Below are positions 29,865 through 40,354 of a stretch of 64,000 bases of DNA, piece by piece. Every line of letters starts with the position of its first letter. Positions within the stretch are counted from its first letter, which is position 1. The stretch comes from an uncultured Verrucomicrobiota bacterium. GTDB taxonomy: Bacteria > Verrucomicrobiota > Verrucomicrobiia > Limisphaerales > CAZFVY01. Location: positions 29,655 through 93,654 of the forward strand of contig CAZFVY010000008.1 of assembly GCA_964522665.1 (NCBI GenBank), written 5' to 3'. A program made the translations under genes and the position numbers. The notes below the pieces were generated by a model that saw nothing but the letters and a program-made list of their open reading frames with translations, did no database searches and was not told where the DNA came from.

Positions 29865-32171
29865 CTATTGGGATCGGGCGCGATAGAAACGCCGTGAAAA
29901 CGTGGCGCTCCGCGTGTCGATAAAACTCAGCCCGTCGATCACAAGGTTGGTTTCGATCGGGAGCCAGCTCGCCAAATCGGTCGAGGCTTCGATGACCACG
30001 GAGGAGCCGGCGGGCGCCGAAACGTTGAAGCCGAAGGAGCCACCGTCAAACCCGAGGCCGATCCCGTTCACGATTATCGGCGGCGTCGCCAGCCCTGCGA
30101 CCGGATAACCCTTCCGAATCAGGTTGTTTCCCGTGTCGGCAATGTAGATATTGCCGAGCCGATCGACCGCGATGCCGACCGGGTCCACAAAGCGCGCGGC
30201 GTTCCCGATGCCGTCCTCACTGCCGAAGGCCATGGCGCCTGCGATGGTCGTCACCACGCCATCGGGAGTGACCTTGCGAATCCGCCCGAGAGCCTCAGTG
30301 ACGAAGAGGTTGCCGGAGGCATCCACCGCCAAGCCTTGCGGACTCTCGAAGCGCGCGTTAATTCCAATCCCATCCGGCGGGCCGTAGGTCGAGCCGGCCA
30401 ATCCGGCCAAGGTCGTCACCACCCCAGCCGAGGTTATTTTACGAATGGTTTGGTTGCCGGAATCGGCGACGAAGAGATTCCCCGCGCCATCGACCGCGAT
30501 GCCAATCGGTTTGTAAAAGCGAGCGTCGCTATTGGTCCCATCATCGCTGCCAGAGAGGCCCGCCAGACCGGCCAATGTAGTCACGACACCAGCGGGCGTC
30601 ACTTTGCGAATCGTCGCGTCATCCAAGTCGGTAACGTAGATATTCCCCGCCGGGTCCACGGCCAGGCCACGGAGCGTGTTGAACTGCGCGGCGCTGCCAG
30701 TCCCATCCGCGCTGCCCGCGACGCCCGGCGAGCCAGCCACGGTGGTCACGATGTCCGCCGGTGTCAGCTTCCGAATCGTGTGATTGCCGGCGTCGGCCAC
30801 ATAGAGATTGCCCGCCTTGTCCAGCGCCGCGCCCCGGGGTGAATTGAATCGCGCGGCGCTTCCGGCGCCGTCGGCGCTGCCGCCAATCGCGACGCCAACA
30901 TCATTGAATTGAGCCGAACCAGCCAAGGTGGTCACCACGCCGGCCGGTGTCACTTTTCGAATCGTGTTGCTTTCGTACTCCGCGACAAAAATGCTCCCCG
31001 CGTTGTCCACCACGATGCCGTCGGGGCCGGAGAACAGCGCCGCTCGCCCGGTTCCGTCCGCGATTCCCAAACCTGGATCCGACCCCGCCAACGTGGTCAC
31101 TGCGGCATCCGGCGTTACCTTTCGGATCGTGTCCTCATCCGCCACATAAAGATTGCCCGCGGCATCCATCGCCATGCCGCCGGGGATTCCGAACCGCGCC
31201 TCGCTCCCCACGCCGTCTTTGAGAGCCTGATCCCCCGCGAGTCCCGCGAAAGTGCTTACGGCGCCCGCAGGCGTGATTTTGCGAATAGTCCCATTCATGA
31301 AGTCACCGACGTAGAGATTGCCACCTGGGTCCGTTACCACGCCGGCCGGCAGAATGAACCGCGCGGCGCTTCCCACGCCGTCGGCGGCGCCGGGATGTCC
31401 GACTTCTCCCGCCAAGAATGAGACCCCGCCGCTTGGCGTCACTTTTTGGACGGTGTTATTGCCCGCGCCGGAAACATAGATGTTTCCCAATTTGTCCACC
31501 GCGACCCCCGCCTCATTCATGATTTCAATACCGTCAAACAGGAAGATCGCATCGGCGTTGGTCGCCAAGGCGGCGACGGTCGTCACGGCTCCGTCTGGGG
31601 AAACCTTCCGAAGCACCGGCGGCGCTTGGTCCAAAACAAACAGGTTTCCGGCGGAGTCCATCGCGATTCCGCTGGGAGAATTAAACCGCGCTTCGTTTCC
31701 CACCCCATCGACGTATCCGGGAGGCCCGAACCGACCCGCGAAGGTCGTGACAGCGCCGGTCGGCGTGATCTTCCGAACGGTATGCTCGTCCGTCGCATAG
31801 AGGTTTCCTTGGGCATCGATCACCAAACCGTCGGGGTTAAAAAATCGAGCGGCGCTGCCGGTTCCATCGACACTCCCCTGGCTACCTACCGCTCCGGCAA
31901 ACGTCGTGACCACGCCCGCAGGCGTGACTTTTCGGATCGTCAAATTTCCGCTATCTGCCACGAAGACATTACCCGCGCTATCCACCGCGAGGCCAGTAAT
32001 GCTCTTAAAGTGCGCCTCCGCGCCCGTCCCGTCCGCGCTTCCCGGACCGGTATTTCCCGCCAGCGTGGTGATGACGTAAGGCGCCGGGTAGTTGGTTTGG
32101 GCGACGGATTCAAGGGCGAACAGAGGAAGAACAGCGACGGCAAGAGCCGCCAGAACAAAATGTTTCTTCAT
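29865..32171 (-). CDS. secreted NHL/beta-propeller repeat protein, paralogue 2
   Basis: MKKHFVLAALAVAVLPLFALESVAQTNYPAPYVITTLAG is near-identical to the paralogue 1 N-terminus. It has the same repeat unit, and the C-terminal module ends STDLASWLPI...RRFYRARSQ. Confidence 0.8.
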   Translation of the reverse strand: MKKHFVLAALAVAVLPLFALESVAQTNYPAPYVITTLAGNTGPGSADGTGAEAHFKSITGLAVDSAGNVFVADSGNLTIRKVTPAGVVTTFAGAVGSQGSVDGTGSAARFFNPDGLVIDAQGNLYATDEHTVRKITPTGAVTTFAGRFGPPGYVDGVGNEARFNSPSGIAMDSAGNLFVLDQAPPVLRKVSPDGAVTTVAALATNADAIFLFDGIEIMNEAGVAVDKLGNIYVSGAGNNTVQKVTPSGGVSFLAGEVGHPGAADGVGSAARFILPAGVVTDPGGNLYVGDFMNGTIRKITPAGAVSTFAGLAGDQALKDGVGSEARFGIPGGMAMDAAGNLYVADEDTIRKVTPDAAVTTLAGSDPGLGIADGTGRAALFSGPDGIVVDNAGSIFVAEYESNTIRKVTPAGVVTTLAGSAQFNDVGVAIGGSADGAGSAARFNSPRGAALDKAGNLYVADAGNHTIRKLTPADIVTTVAGSPGVAGSADGTGSAAQFNTLRGLAVDPAGNIYVTDLDDATIRKVTPAGVVTTLAGLAGLSGSDDGTNSDARFYKPIGIAVDGAGNLFVADSGNQTIRKITSAGVVTTLAGLAGSTYGPPDGIGINARFESPQGLAVDASGNLFVTEALGRIRKVTPDGVVTTIAGAMAFGSEDGIGNAARFVDPVGIAVDRLGNIYIADTGNNLIRKGYPVAGLATPPIIVNGIGLGFDGGSFGFNVSAPAGSSVVIEASTDLASWLPIETNLVIDGLSFIDTRSATFSRRFYRARSQ

Positions 32172-32251
32172 TGGATTACCCGGAAGACGAACAATTCCCT
32201 TTCCAGAGTGTCATCAACCTATACCTCAACCTTGGCTCAAATACAAGCGGC
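32172..32251 (-). promoter_or_regulatory. 5' leader of NHL paralogue 2, conserved with the leader of paralogue 1
   Basis: See 28566-28645: 66/80 identity by hand alignment. Confidence 0.4.
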
Positions 32252-32322
32252 CAGCGCAGCCTTCGTGCATCACCCACCCGGATGCCGCGATGATTCGCCC
32301 TCCGAAATAACCGACGGCCCCA

Positions 32323-34602
32323 CTACGGCGTACGCGCCCGATAAAATCGGGCTGAGTAAACGCCACTCTGCGGATCGCCGAACGTGAGGCTACCCGCCGG
32401 GCTGTTGGTGGAAATCGGAAGCCAGTGCGTCAAATCGGTCGAGGCTTCGATGACCAATCCATCCCCTTCCCAGCCGATCACGTTGAAACCAAATCCGCTG
32501 GCCGTGAAACCCAACGTTGGTCCCGTCACGATACTCGGCACGGCCACCGGCTGGCCCATGCGGATTTGGTTGTTTCCCGTGTCGGCGACGTAAATGTTCC
32601 CCGCGCCGTCCACGGCGATGCCGCGCGGCCCCGAAAACTGCGCCGCTCGTCCGACGCCGTCCGCGCTGCCGGGATTCCCGGCGCTTCCGGCAAGGGTCGA
32701 AACGATTCCGTCCGGCGTTATCTTGCGGACCCGGCTGGCGCCAAGCTCGGCCACATAGACATTCCCGGCGCCGTCCACCGCCACGCCGTAAGGCGCTGAA
32801 AACCGGGCGCTACTCCCCACCCCGTCCGAATCGCCCGAAATCCCCGCCGAGCCGGCCAGCGTCGTCGCCGCGCCCGTGGGGGTGATCTTCCTCACCGTAT
32901 GGTTGCCCGAATCAGCCACGTACAAATTGGCGGAGCCGTCCACCGCCACGCCGGACGGGGCGTTGAAGCGGGCGGCGGCGCCGGTGCCGTCGGCGCTGCC
33001 CGGAGCGCCAGCCAGCCCGGCGACGGTCGTCACGACGCCGGCGGTGGTCACTTGCCGGATCGTATCGTTGCCAAGATCGGCGACGAAGAGGCTGGCGACG
33101 CCGTCGAACGCAAGCCCGGCGGGATTGAGAAATCGGGCGGCACGTCCGGCGCCGTCGGCGCTGCCACCTACGCGGGGTGAACCGGCCAGCGTCGTTACCG
33201 CGCCGAACGGATCAATCATTCGAATCGTGCTATTGCCCGAGTCGGACACGTAAACGTTTCCCGAAGGATCCGCCGCCACTCCCGCGGGAGCGGTAAATCC
33301 AGCGGCAGTGCGAAATCCATCGGCGATACCGGGAAGGCCATTTCCACTCCCCGCCAGCTTGGTGACGCGTCCGGTCGCCGTGGATAGCTCAGTGATGAGG
33401 TTGTGGCCCGCGTCGGCGACGTAGAGATGGCCAGCGGCATCCGCGGCCACGCCAGACGGACCTTTGAATCCCCCGATCGAATCACCGTTGTCCCTCCCTG
33501 CTAAAGTGGTCACGTCACCCGCCAGAGTAACGCGACGAACGGAATCCTCGTCGGTCACGATGAGGGCGTCCGAACCAGCCAGCGCGACGCCGCGCGGACC
33601 GAAAAACCGGGCTTCACTACCGGATGCGTCCGTGCTGCCATAGGCCCCGGGCCACCCCGCCAGCGTCGTCACGTCGCCGGACGGCGCTACCATGCGGATC
33701 GTATAGTTCAGCAACTCGCCAACGTAGAGGTTCCCGTTCGAATCCACGGCCACTCCGGTAGGAAACTGAAATCGCGCTTCGCTTCCCCGCCCGTTCGCGC
33801 TACCCCACTGGCCCAATTTTCCCGCGAACACCGACACCACACCGTCCGACGTCACCTTCTGGATGGTGTTGTTCCCCGCGCCCGAGACATAGACGTTTCC
33901 CGCATTATCCACCGCCACGCCGCAATAATGATAATCCGGTGGCAAACCAGGTGTAGGAATGGAATACTGCGGGTCAATCTCGGTCGCGAGCGCGGCTAGC
34001 GTCGTCACCACTCCCGCCGGCGTGACTTTTCGAATGACGGGCGCAGCCTGATCGACCAAAAAAAGATTCCCGGCGGCATCCGCCGCAATGGCCGAGGGGA
34101 AATAAAAGCGCGCTTCGCTGCCCGCCCCATCCACGTCGCCGGGATGTCCGGCCAAGCCCGCGAACGTGGTGACTACACCGTCCAGGGTCACTTTCCGAAT
34201 CGTGTGGATGGTCCAATCCGTGACGTAGAGATTATCCGCTCGATCGATCGTCAAACCGGCCGGGATGTAAAACCGCGCGGCGCTGCCGGTCCCATCCGCG
34301 GCGCCAAGGTGGCCGCTTAGGCCGGCCAGGGTCGTCACGATTCCGGCGGGTGTGATCTTCCGTATCGAGTTATTGCCGGAGTCCGCCACGTACACGTTGC
34401 CAGCCCGGTCCATGGCTGTCCCGATGACGTCATAAAAGCGAGCCGTGCTGCCGGGGCCGTCCGCGCCCCCCGGACCCGCCGGGCCAGGCAAAGTTGTGAT
34501 GGCGTACGGCGTGTAGCTGGATTGGGCGAAGCTCGGCGAATCACTTAAAAGGATGGTGAGAAAGCTCAGCGCCATAAGCGCGATATATTTTTCCATCTTC
34601 AT
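32323..34602 (-). CDS. secreted NHL/beta-propeller repeat protein, paralogue 3
   Basis: Signal peptide MKMEKYIALMALSFLTILLSDSPSFAQ and the same repeat unit. The C-terminal module ends STDLTHWLPI...ARFYRARTP. The ATG at 34602 lies inside track ORF ..34650. Confidence 0.8.
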   Translation of the reverse strand: MKMEKYIALMALSFLTILLSDSPSFAQSSYTPYAITTLPGPAGPGGADGPGSTARFYDVIGTAMDRAGNVYVADSGNNSIRKITPAGIVTTLAGLSGHLGAADGTGSAARFYIPAGLTIDRADNLYVTDWTIHTIRKVTLDGVVTTFAGLAGHPGDVDGAGSEARFYFPSAIAADAAGNLFLVDQAAPVIRKVTPAGVVTTLAALATEIDPQYSIPTPGLPPDYHYCGVAVDNAGNVYVSGAGNNTIQKVTSDGVVSVFAGKLGQWGSANGRGSEARFQFPTGVAVDSNGNLYVGELLNYTIRMVAPSGDVTTLAGWPGAYGSTDASGSEARFFGPRGVALAGSDALIVTDEDSVRRVTLAGDVTTLAGRDNGDSIGGFKGPSGVAADAAGHLYVADAGHNLITELSTATGRVTKLAGSGNGLPGIADGFRTAAGFTAPAGVAADPSGNVYVSDSGNSTIRMIDPFGAVTTLAGSPRVGGSADGAGRAARFLNPAGLAFDGVASLFVADLGNDTIRQVTTAGVVTTVAGLAGAPGSADGTGAAARFNAPSGVAVDGSANLYVADSGNHTVRKITPTGAATTLAGSAGISGDSDGVGSSARFSAPYGVAVDGAGNVYVAELGASRVRKITPDGIVSTLAGSAGNPGSADGVGRAAQFSGPRGIAVDGAGNIYVADTGNNQIRMGQPVAVPSIVTGPTLGFTASGFGFNVIGWEGDGLVIEASTDLTHWLPISTNSPAGSLTFGDPQSGVYSARFYRARTP

Positions 34603-34861
34603 ACCCAATGCCAGAAAGTATCCCTTATTCTCGAGGCGCGTGCTACCCATACGTCAAAAGCACATCATTTGCAAGAGTCCGCCGAGACACCGGACGGGCC
34701 CGTGATCGCCAACGTCAAGCGGCCGGCGGCGACGAACGCCGCCTTGGTGTCCGGCGAAAGAGAAGCCTTGGCGCCCGGCCATACCGAGCGCTAGCGTAGC
34801 GCGAATCATGCGCGCCACGACCGCGAAAATCGTTTTGGCGCCGTTTATTTAGCATTATCCC

Positions 34862-35953
34862 ATGAACTCGAATATGACCCGCCGAGATTTTGTCCGCGCC
34901 GCCAGCGTTGCCACGCTCGCCGCCGCCACGCCCGCCGTTCTGGCGCAAACGAAAACGCTGACCTTCGGCCTCGTCGGCTGCGCGCACATTCACACGCCGA
35001 ATTACGTCGGCATTCTGAAGAATCGGAAGGACGTGAAGGTGAAATCGGTTTGGGATCACGACGGCCCGCGGGCGGAAATGAACGCCAAGGAACTCGGCGC
35101 GCAAACGGTGGCCCAGGCCGAGGCGATCTGGTCCGACCCGGAAATCACCGCGGTGGTCATCTGCTCGGAGACCAACCGGCATCATGATTTGGTGATCGCG
35201 GCCGCCAAGGCGGGCAAACACATGTTCGCCGAGAAGCCGCTCGGCATCACGGCCAAGGAGAGTTTCGCGATGGCGGATGCCATCGAGAAGGCGAACGTCC
35301 TTTTCACCACCGGTTACTTCATGCGCACCGACCCGAAACACCTCTTTCTCAAGGAGGAAATCGCGAAGGGTCATTTTGGCAAAATCACCCGGGCGCGCGG
35401 CTCGAATTGCCACGGCGGCTCGCTCGGCCATTGGTTCGACAAGGAATGGCGCTGGATGGCCGACCCCAAGATCGCCGGCGTCGGCGCGTTCGGCGACCTC
35501 GGCACGCACAAACTCGACATCCTGATGTGGCTGCTCGGAGACATCGATTCCGTGACCGCGCAGGTCAAGGTGGTGACCGGCAACTACGGCGATTGCGATG
35601 AGTCGGGCGAAGCGTTGATCCAATTCAAGAGCGGCGTCCTCGGCACGCTCGCGGCCGGCTGGGTGGACGTGGATGATCCGGTGCAACTCTTGATCAGCGG
35701 CACCGAAGGCCACGCGGTCGTCATGAACAATCAGCTTTACTACAACACCAAGCATGTCCCCGAAGCCGATGGCAAGGAAGCCTACCGCAAACTGCCGCCT
35801 CGGTTGCGGGAACCTATGCATCAGTTCGTGGACGCCGTCGCCGGCGACAAGAGCCAGCCGCTGGTGAAGCCGCGCGAAGCCGCCGCGCGCGTCAGCGTGA
35901 TGGAGGCAATGTATAATGCCGCCCGCCATCATAATTGGGCGAAGCCCGCGTAA
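34862..35953 (+). CDS. Gfo/Idh/MocA-family oxidoreductase with Tat signal
   Basis: MTRRDFVRAASVATLAAATPAVLAQ, then the Rossmann start FGLVGCAHIHTP; 363 aa. Confidence 0.85.
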   Translation: MNSNMTRRDFVRAASVATLAAATPAVLAQTKTLTFGLVGCAHIHTPNYVGILKNRKDVKVKSVWDHDGPRAEMNAKELGAQTVAQAEAIWSDPEITAVVICSETNRHHDLVIAAAKAGKHMFAEKPLGITAKESFAMADAIEKANVLFTTGYFMRTDPKHLFLKEEIAKGHFGKITRARGSNCHGGSLGHWFDKEWRWMADPKIAGVGAFGDLGTHKLDILMWLLGDIDSVTAQVKVVTGNYGDCDESGEALIQFKSGVLGTLAAGWVDVDDPVQLLISGTEGHAVVMNNQLYYNTKHVPEADGKEAYRKLPPRLREPMHQFVDAVAGDKSQPLVKPREAAARVSVMEAMYNAARHHNWAKPA

Positions 35954-36004
35954 GCCGCGCGGTGACCGCCCGCCCAGCGGATAGCTTCTCATCGTTAGAC
36001 GCCG

Positions 36005-38554
36005 ATGTTACGCCGGGCCGTCCGCCTCTGTCGCCTCGCCGCCTTGGCGTTCCTGTGGACGGCCGGCGGCGACCGGTGCGTCGCCGCGCCCCTTGATCAC
36101 CAGCGACTCCTGGAGGCGCAAACCTTCTGGGACAATCGCGATTGGGACTGGTACCTGGCGAATATCCCGTTCCTCGACACGCCTGACGCGGAGATCAATA
36201 CGACCTACTATTACCGGTGGGAATTGGTCACCAAACACATGGTGTACGGTTCGCCGGCGTCAGGCTATAATTTCACGGAATTCATCAATCGGCCGTTTTG
36301 GTCCGGGGCGTACGGCTCGATCAGTTGTCCCGCCGGACACCAACTTTACGAATTGCGCTGGTTGCGCGATCCCCGCTACGCGCGCGACTACACGCGCTAC
36401 TGGTTTGACACGCCCGGGGCGCAGCCCAATCGGTATAGCGTCTGGTTGGCGGACGCCGCCTGGGCCGTCCACTCGGTCCAACCGGACCCGCGGTTCATCA
36501 TCAGTCTGCTCCCCAAGCTGGTCCGGGATTATGAAGCTTGGGAACGGCGCCAGTTCGTTCCCGAGGCGGGCCTCTTCTGGCAGACCGGGCACGATGACGG
36601 CATGGAGTATAACATCAACAGCCGCCAGACGCAGGATCCCGTGCGGGGCGCGCCCGGCTACCGCGTCACGTTGAACAGCTATCTCTGGGCGGGCGCCCAG
36701 GCCATCGCCCGCGCCGCCACGCTCGCCGGTGACCGCGAAACGGCCCAACGATTTGCAGAGAAGGCCGCGCTCATCAAGACGAACCTGCAGGCCAAGTTGT
36801 GGGACCCGAAACGAAATTTCTTTTTCGAGATGTACCGCCAGGACGAGACCCGCGACGGGTCTAACATCAAGGCAGGCACGTTGACCTATCAAAGCGGCCG
36901 TTTCGCCGGGGACCCGCACGGGCGCGAACTTTACGGCTACGTGCCGTGGCAGTTTAACTTGCCCGACCCCGGCTTCGAATCCGCGTGGCAATACCTGATG
37001 GATCGCGATTACTTTTTCGCCGATTTCGGCCCGACCACCGTCGAGCGCCACGACCCGATGTTTTTTCTCGCCGACACCTGCTGCTACTGGAGCGGACAAT
37101 CCTGGCCTTACGCGACGACCCAGACCCTCAAAGCGCTGGCGAATCTGCTAAACAATTATCAGCAGAAGTGGATCAACCAGGACGATTATTTTCGCCTGTT
37201 GAAAGTCTATACCGCCACCCAGCGCAAGGACGGTCGGCCCTACATCGCGGAGGCGTGCTACCCGGACACCGGCTCGTGGGAACACCACGACAGCTACGAC
37301 CACAGCGAGCACTACTTCCATTCGGGCTACACCGATTTGATCATCACGGGACTCATTGGCTTGCATCCACGGGATGATGAGACGATCGAGGTTAGCCCGC
37401 TGGCGCCCGCATCGTGGGACTATTTTGCCCTCGATAACGTCTCCTATCACGGACGCGAGTTGGCGATTTATTGGGACAAGACTGGCGCGCGCTACGGCCT
37501 CGGGGCCGGTTTACATCTGTTAGCGGACGGCGCGGAAATCGTCTCGACCGCGGACTTGGGGCCGCTGGTCGCGACGCTGCCGAGGATTTCCCGCCCGCGC
37601 CAAGCGTCGCCTCCGCCGTCCATGAATTTTGCGGTGAACAACGAAGGAACTCATTTCCCCGTCGTGACCGCCTCCTACTCGAACTCGCGCTACCCGCTGG
37701 CCAAGCTCAACGACGGCAATTATTGGTACCACGTTTCACCGCCGAACCGTTGGACCTTTGAAGGCTCGACCAACGCGACCGATTGGTGCGCGATCGACTT
37801 CGGCGCCAAACGGCGGATCGACACCGTAAAACTCTATCTCCTCGACGATGGCGACCGCGTCGCGCCGCCCGCCAGCTTTCAAATCGAATACTGGGCGGGG
37901 AACCGTTGGCAGCCGGTCGCGGACGACCAACATATCCCGTCAACGCCCACCGGCCACCGCGCCAACGTCACGACTTTCGCCGCGGTGGAGACGGATAAAG
38001 TGCGCGCGGTTTTCAACCATCGCGAGGGCGCCGCCACCGGGTTGAGCGAGTTTGAGGCGTGGGGACCGAACGTCGCCCGGTATCAACCGCCGCCGGCGCC
38101 GGTCGGCAATCTTGCCTTAAACTCGACCGGCGAGGGCTATCCGAAAGCTTCGGCCTCGTTCACGTCAGACTACGACCACGTGGAAATGGTGAACGACGGT
38201 CGAATCTTTCTAACCGGGCCGCCCGACAATCGCTGGACCGCGTATGGCTCGCCGAACCCAACTGATTGGGTGGAAATCGACTTCGGCGCCGAAAAAACGG
38301 TCGGACACGCGGACCTCTACATTTACGATGATCATGGCGGCGTCCAAACGCCGGCCGGATACGAGTTGCAATACTGGACCGGCGACAACTGGAAGAACAT
38401 CGAAGGCGTTGCGAAGACTCCGTCTGCGCCGATCGGCGGCACGATCAATACCGCCGCCTTCCCCGCCGTCAAAACATCCAAGCTGCGGGTCACGTTCACC
38501 CACCAAGGCAAATCGCGAACTGGCTTGACCGAGCTTGAATTGTGGGAGAAGTGA
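36005..38554 (+). CDS. glycoside-hydrolase-like protein ((alpha/alpha)6 six-hairpin type) with two C-terminal F5/8 type C (discoidin) domains
   Basis: Signal peptide, then a ~520-aa helical-barrel-like region whose family was not confidently assigned. Two discoidin-like units each end in GLSEFEAWG / GLTELELWE and carry W..IDFG...I..V.LY motifs. Confidence 0.6.
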   Translation: MLRRAVRLCRLAALAFLWTAGGDRCVAAPLDHQRLLEAQTFWDNRDWDWYLANIPFLDTPDAEINTTYYYRWELVTKHMVYGSPASGYNFTEFINRPFWSGAYGSISCPAGHQLYELRWLRDPRYARDYTRYWFDTPGAQPNRYSVWLADAAWAVHSVQPDPRFIISLLPKLVRDYEAWERRQFVPEAGLFWQTGHDDGMEYNINSRQTQDPVRGAPGYRVTLNSYLWAGAQAIARAATLAGDRETAQRFAEKAALIKTNLQAKLWDPKRNFFFEMYRQDETRDGSNIKAGTLTYQSGRFAGDPHGRELYGYVPWQFNLPDPGFESAWQYLMDRDYFFADFGPTTVERHDPMFFLADTCCYWSGQSWPYATTQTLKALANLLNNYQQKWINQDDYFRLLKVYTATQRKDGRPYIAEACYPDTGSWEHHDSYDHSEHYFHSGYTDLIITGLIGLHPRDDETIEVSPLAPASWDYFALDNVSYHGRELAIYWDKTGARYGLGAGLHLLADGAEIVSTADLGPLVATLPRISRPRQASPPPSMNFAVNNEGTHFPVVTASYSNSRYPLAKLNDGNYWYHVSPPNRWTFEGSTNATDWCAIDFGAKRRIDTVKLYLLDDGDRVAPPASFQIEYWAGNRWQPVADDQHIPSTPTGHRANVTTFAAVETDKVRAVFNHREGAATGLSEFEAWGPNVARYQPPPAPVGNLALNSTGEGYPKASASFTSDYDHVEMVNDGRIFLTGPPDNRWTAYGSPNPTDWVEIDFGAEKTVGHADLYIYDDHGGVQTPAGYELQYWTGDNWKNIEGVAKTPSAPIGGTINTAAFPAVKTSKLRVTFTHQGKSRTGLTELELWEK

Positions 38555-38618
38555 CCCAACAAAATTGGGCGGCCGGAATTGCATTTACGCCGAGTCTTAG
38601 TCATCATCCGCGCTGGCG

Positions 38619-40235
38619 ATGAATCGGCGAGATTTTCTGCGGGCGAGCGCGCTGAGCGGGATGCAAGCCATGCTTGGCCCCTTCGGGTTGGCGCGGCACG
38701 TATTCGGCGAAGCGCGGCGGTCGCCCGAGGTGAGGCCGTTCGAGTGGGATGAAGCCACAATCGCGCAGCTTCAAACCGCCCTTGCCGCTGGCCGCGAAAC
38801 CGCCGCCACGCTGACTCACAAATACCTCCATCGCATCGCGGAAATCGACCAACGCGGACCCGAACTCAAGGCCGTGCTCGAGACGAACCCGGACGCGATG
38901 GCCATCGCCCGCTCGCTGGACGCCGAGCGCAAGGCCAAAGGCCCGCGTGGGCCGCTCCACGGCATTCCCGTGCTCGTCAAAGACAATCTCGACACCCATG
39001 ACCGGATGATGACGACGGCGGGATCCCTCGCGCTCCTCGGCTCGAGGCCGGCGCGGGACAGCTTCGTGGTCGAACGATTGCGCGCCGCCGGCGCCGTCAT
39101 TCTCGGAAAAACAAATTTGAGCGAGTGGGCCAATTTTCGTTCCTCGCGTTCGTCGAGCGGTTGGAGCGGACGGGGTGGCCAGACCAAGAACCCTTACGCG
39201 CTTGACCGCAATCCGTCAGGATCAAGCTCCGGCTCGGGCGCCGCGGTCGCCGCGAACTTGTGCGCCGTGGCCATCGGCACTGAAACCGATGGTTCGATTA
39301 TTTCGCCGTCCACGGTCAATGGCATTGTCGGCCTCAAGCCAACCGTCGGCTTGGTCAGCCGCGCCGGCATCATTCCAATCTCCGCGAGCCAGGACACCGC
39401 CGGCCCGATGGCGCGCACCGTGACCGACGCGGCCATTCTCCTCAGCGCGATCGCCGGCATCGATCCGCGCGACCAGGCCACCGCGCTAAGCAGTGGGAAA
39501 ATGGAGAGCGATTACACCAAGTTCCTGCGTCCGGACGGACTGCGCGGCGCGCGCATTGGCGTCGTGCGGCGCCTTTTTCAACCGGGCGCGCGATCCGAAG
39601 GACTGATGACGGCGGTGATCGCGGCGATGAAGGAGCAAGGCGCCGAAATCATCGACCCAACTGATATTCCGACGCTTGGTCAATTTGGGGACTCGGAATT
39701 CGAAGTATTGCTTTACGAGTTCAAGGCGGGCCTGAACGCGTATCTCGCCCAACTCGGTCCGAGCGCGCCGGTGCGCACGCTCGAAGAAATCATCGCGTTC
39801 AACGAGGCGAACAAAGCGAAGGAACTGCCCTTCTTCGGGCAGGAGACTTTCCTGAAAGCCCAAGCGAAGGGACCACTCACGGAGCCGGCCTATCTCGAAG
39901 CCGTCGCGAAGAATCATCGCCTGGCCCGCGCCGAAGGGATCGACGCCGTCATGACCGAATTGCGGCTCGACGCCCTCGTCGGACCGTCCGGCGGCCCCGC
40001 CGGCAAGACTGATTTGATCTACGGTGACCGCGGCGTCGGCGGCAGCTCGTCACTCGCCGCGGTTGCCGGCTATCCAAACATCACCGTGCCCGCCGGAGCC
40101 GTCGCCGGTTTGCCCGCGGGAATCTCCTTCTTCGGCCGCGCGTTCAGTGAGCCAACGCTCCTTCGCCTCGCGTACGCCTTCGAGCAGGCCACTCGCCATC
40201 GGCGGCCGCCGAAGTTTCTGGCGACCGTCGGCTGA
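38619..40235 (+). CDS. amidase-signature (AS) family amidase, Tat signal
   Basis: MNRRDFLRASALSG, GIPVLVKDN and GGSSSGSGAAVAANL (Ser-cisSer-Lys signature). Confidence 0.85.
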   Translation: MNRRDFLRASALSGMQAMLGPFGLARHVFGEARRSPEVRPFEWDEATIAQLQTALAAGRETAATLTHKYLHRIAEIDQRGPELKAVLETNPDAMAIARSLDAERKAKGPRGPLHGIPVLVKDNLDTHDRMMTTAGSLALLGSRPARDSFVVERLRAAGAVILGKTNLSEWANFRSSRSSSGWSGRGGQTKNPYALDRNPSGSSSGSGAAVAANLCAVAIGTETDGSIISPSTVNGIVGLKPTVGLVSRAGIIPISASQDTAGPMARTVTDAAILLSAIAGIDPRDQATALSSGKMESDYTKFLRPDGLRGARIGVVRRLFQPGARSEGLMTAVIAAMKEQGAEIIDPTDIPTLGQFGDSEFEVLLYEFKAGLNAYLAQLGPSAPVRTLEEIIAFNEANKAKELPFFGQETFLKAQAKGPLTEPAYLEAVAKNHRLARAEGIDAVMTELRLDALVGPSGGPAGKTDLIYGDRGVGGSSSLAAVAGYPNITVPAGAVAGLPAGISFFGRAFSEPTLLRLAYAFEQATRHRRPPKFLATVG

Positions 40236-40354
40236 GTTGGTCGGTAGATTTTTCGAGCGCCCAGTTCGGGAGAAAACTCGAGCGTCGGAGCGGAGACGTT
40301 CGAGGTCGTTCAGAAGTTGAATCGGTCGACCATTTCTGCGATCTTCAACGCAAC

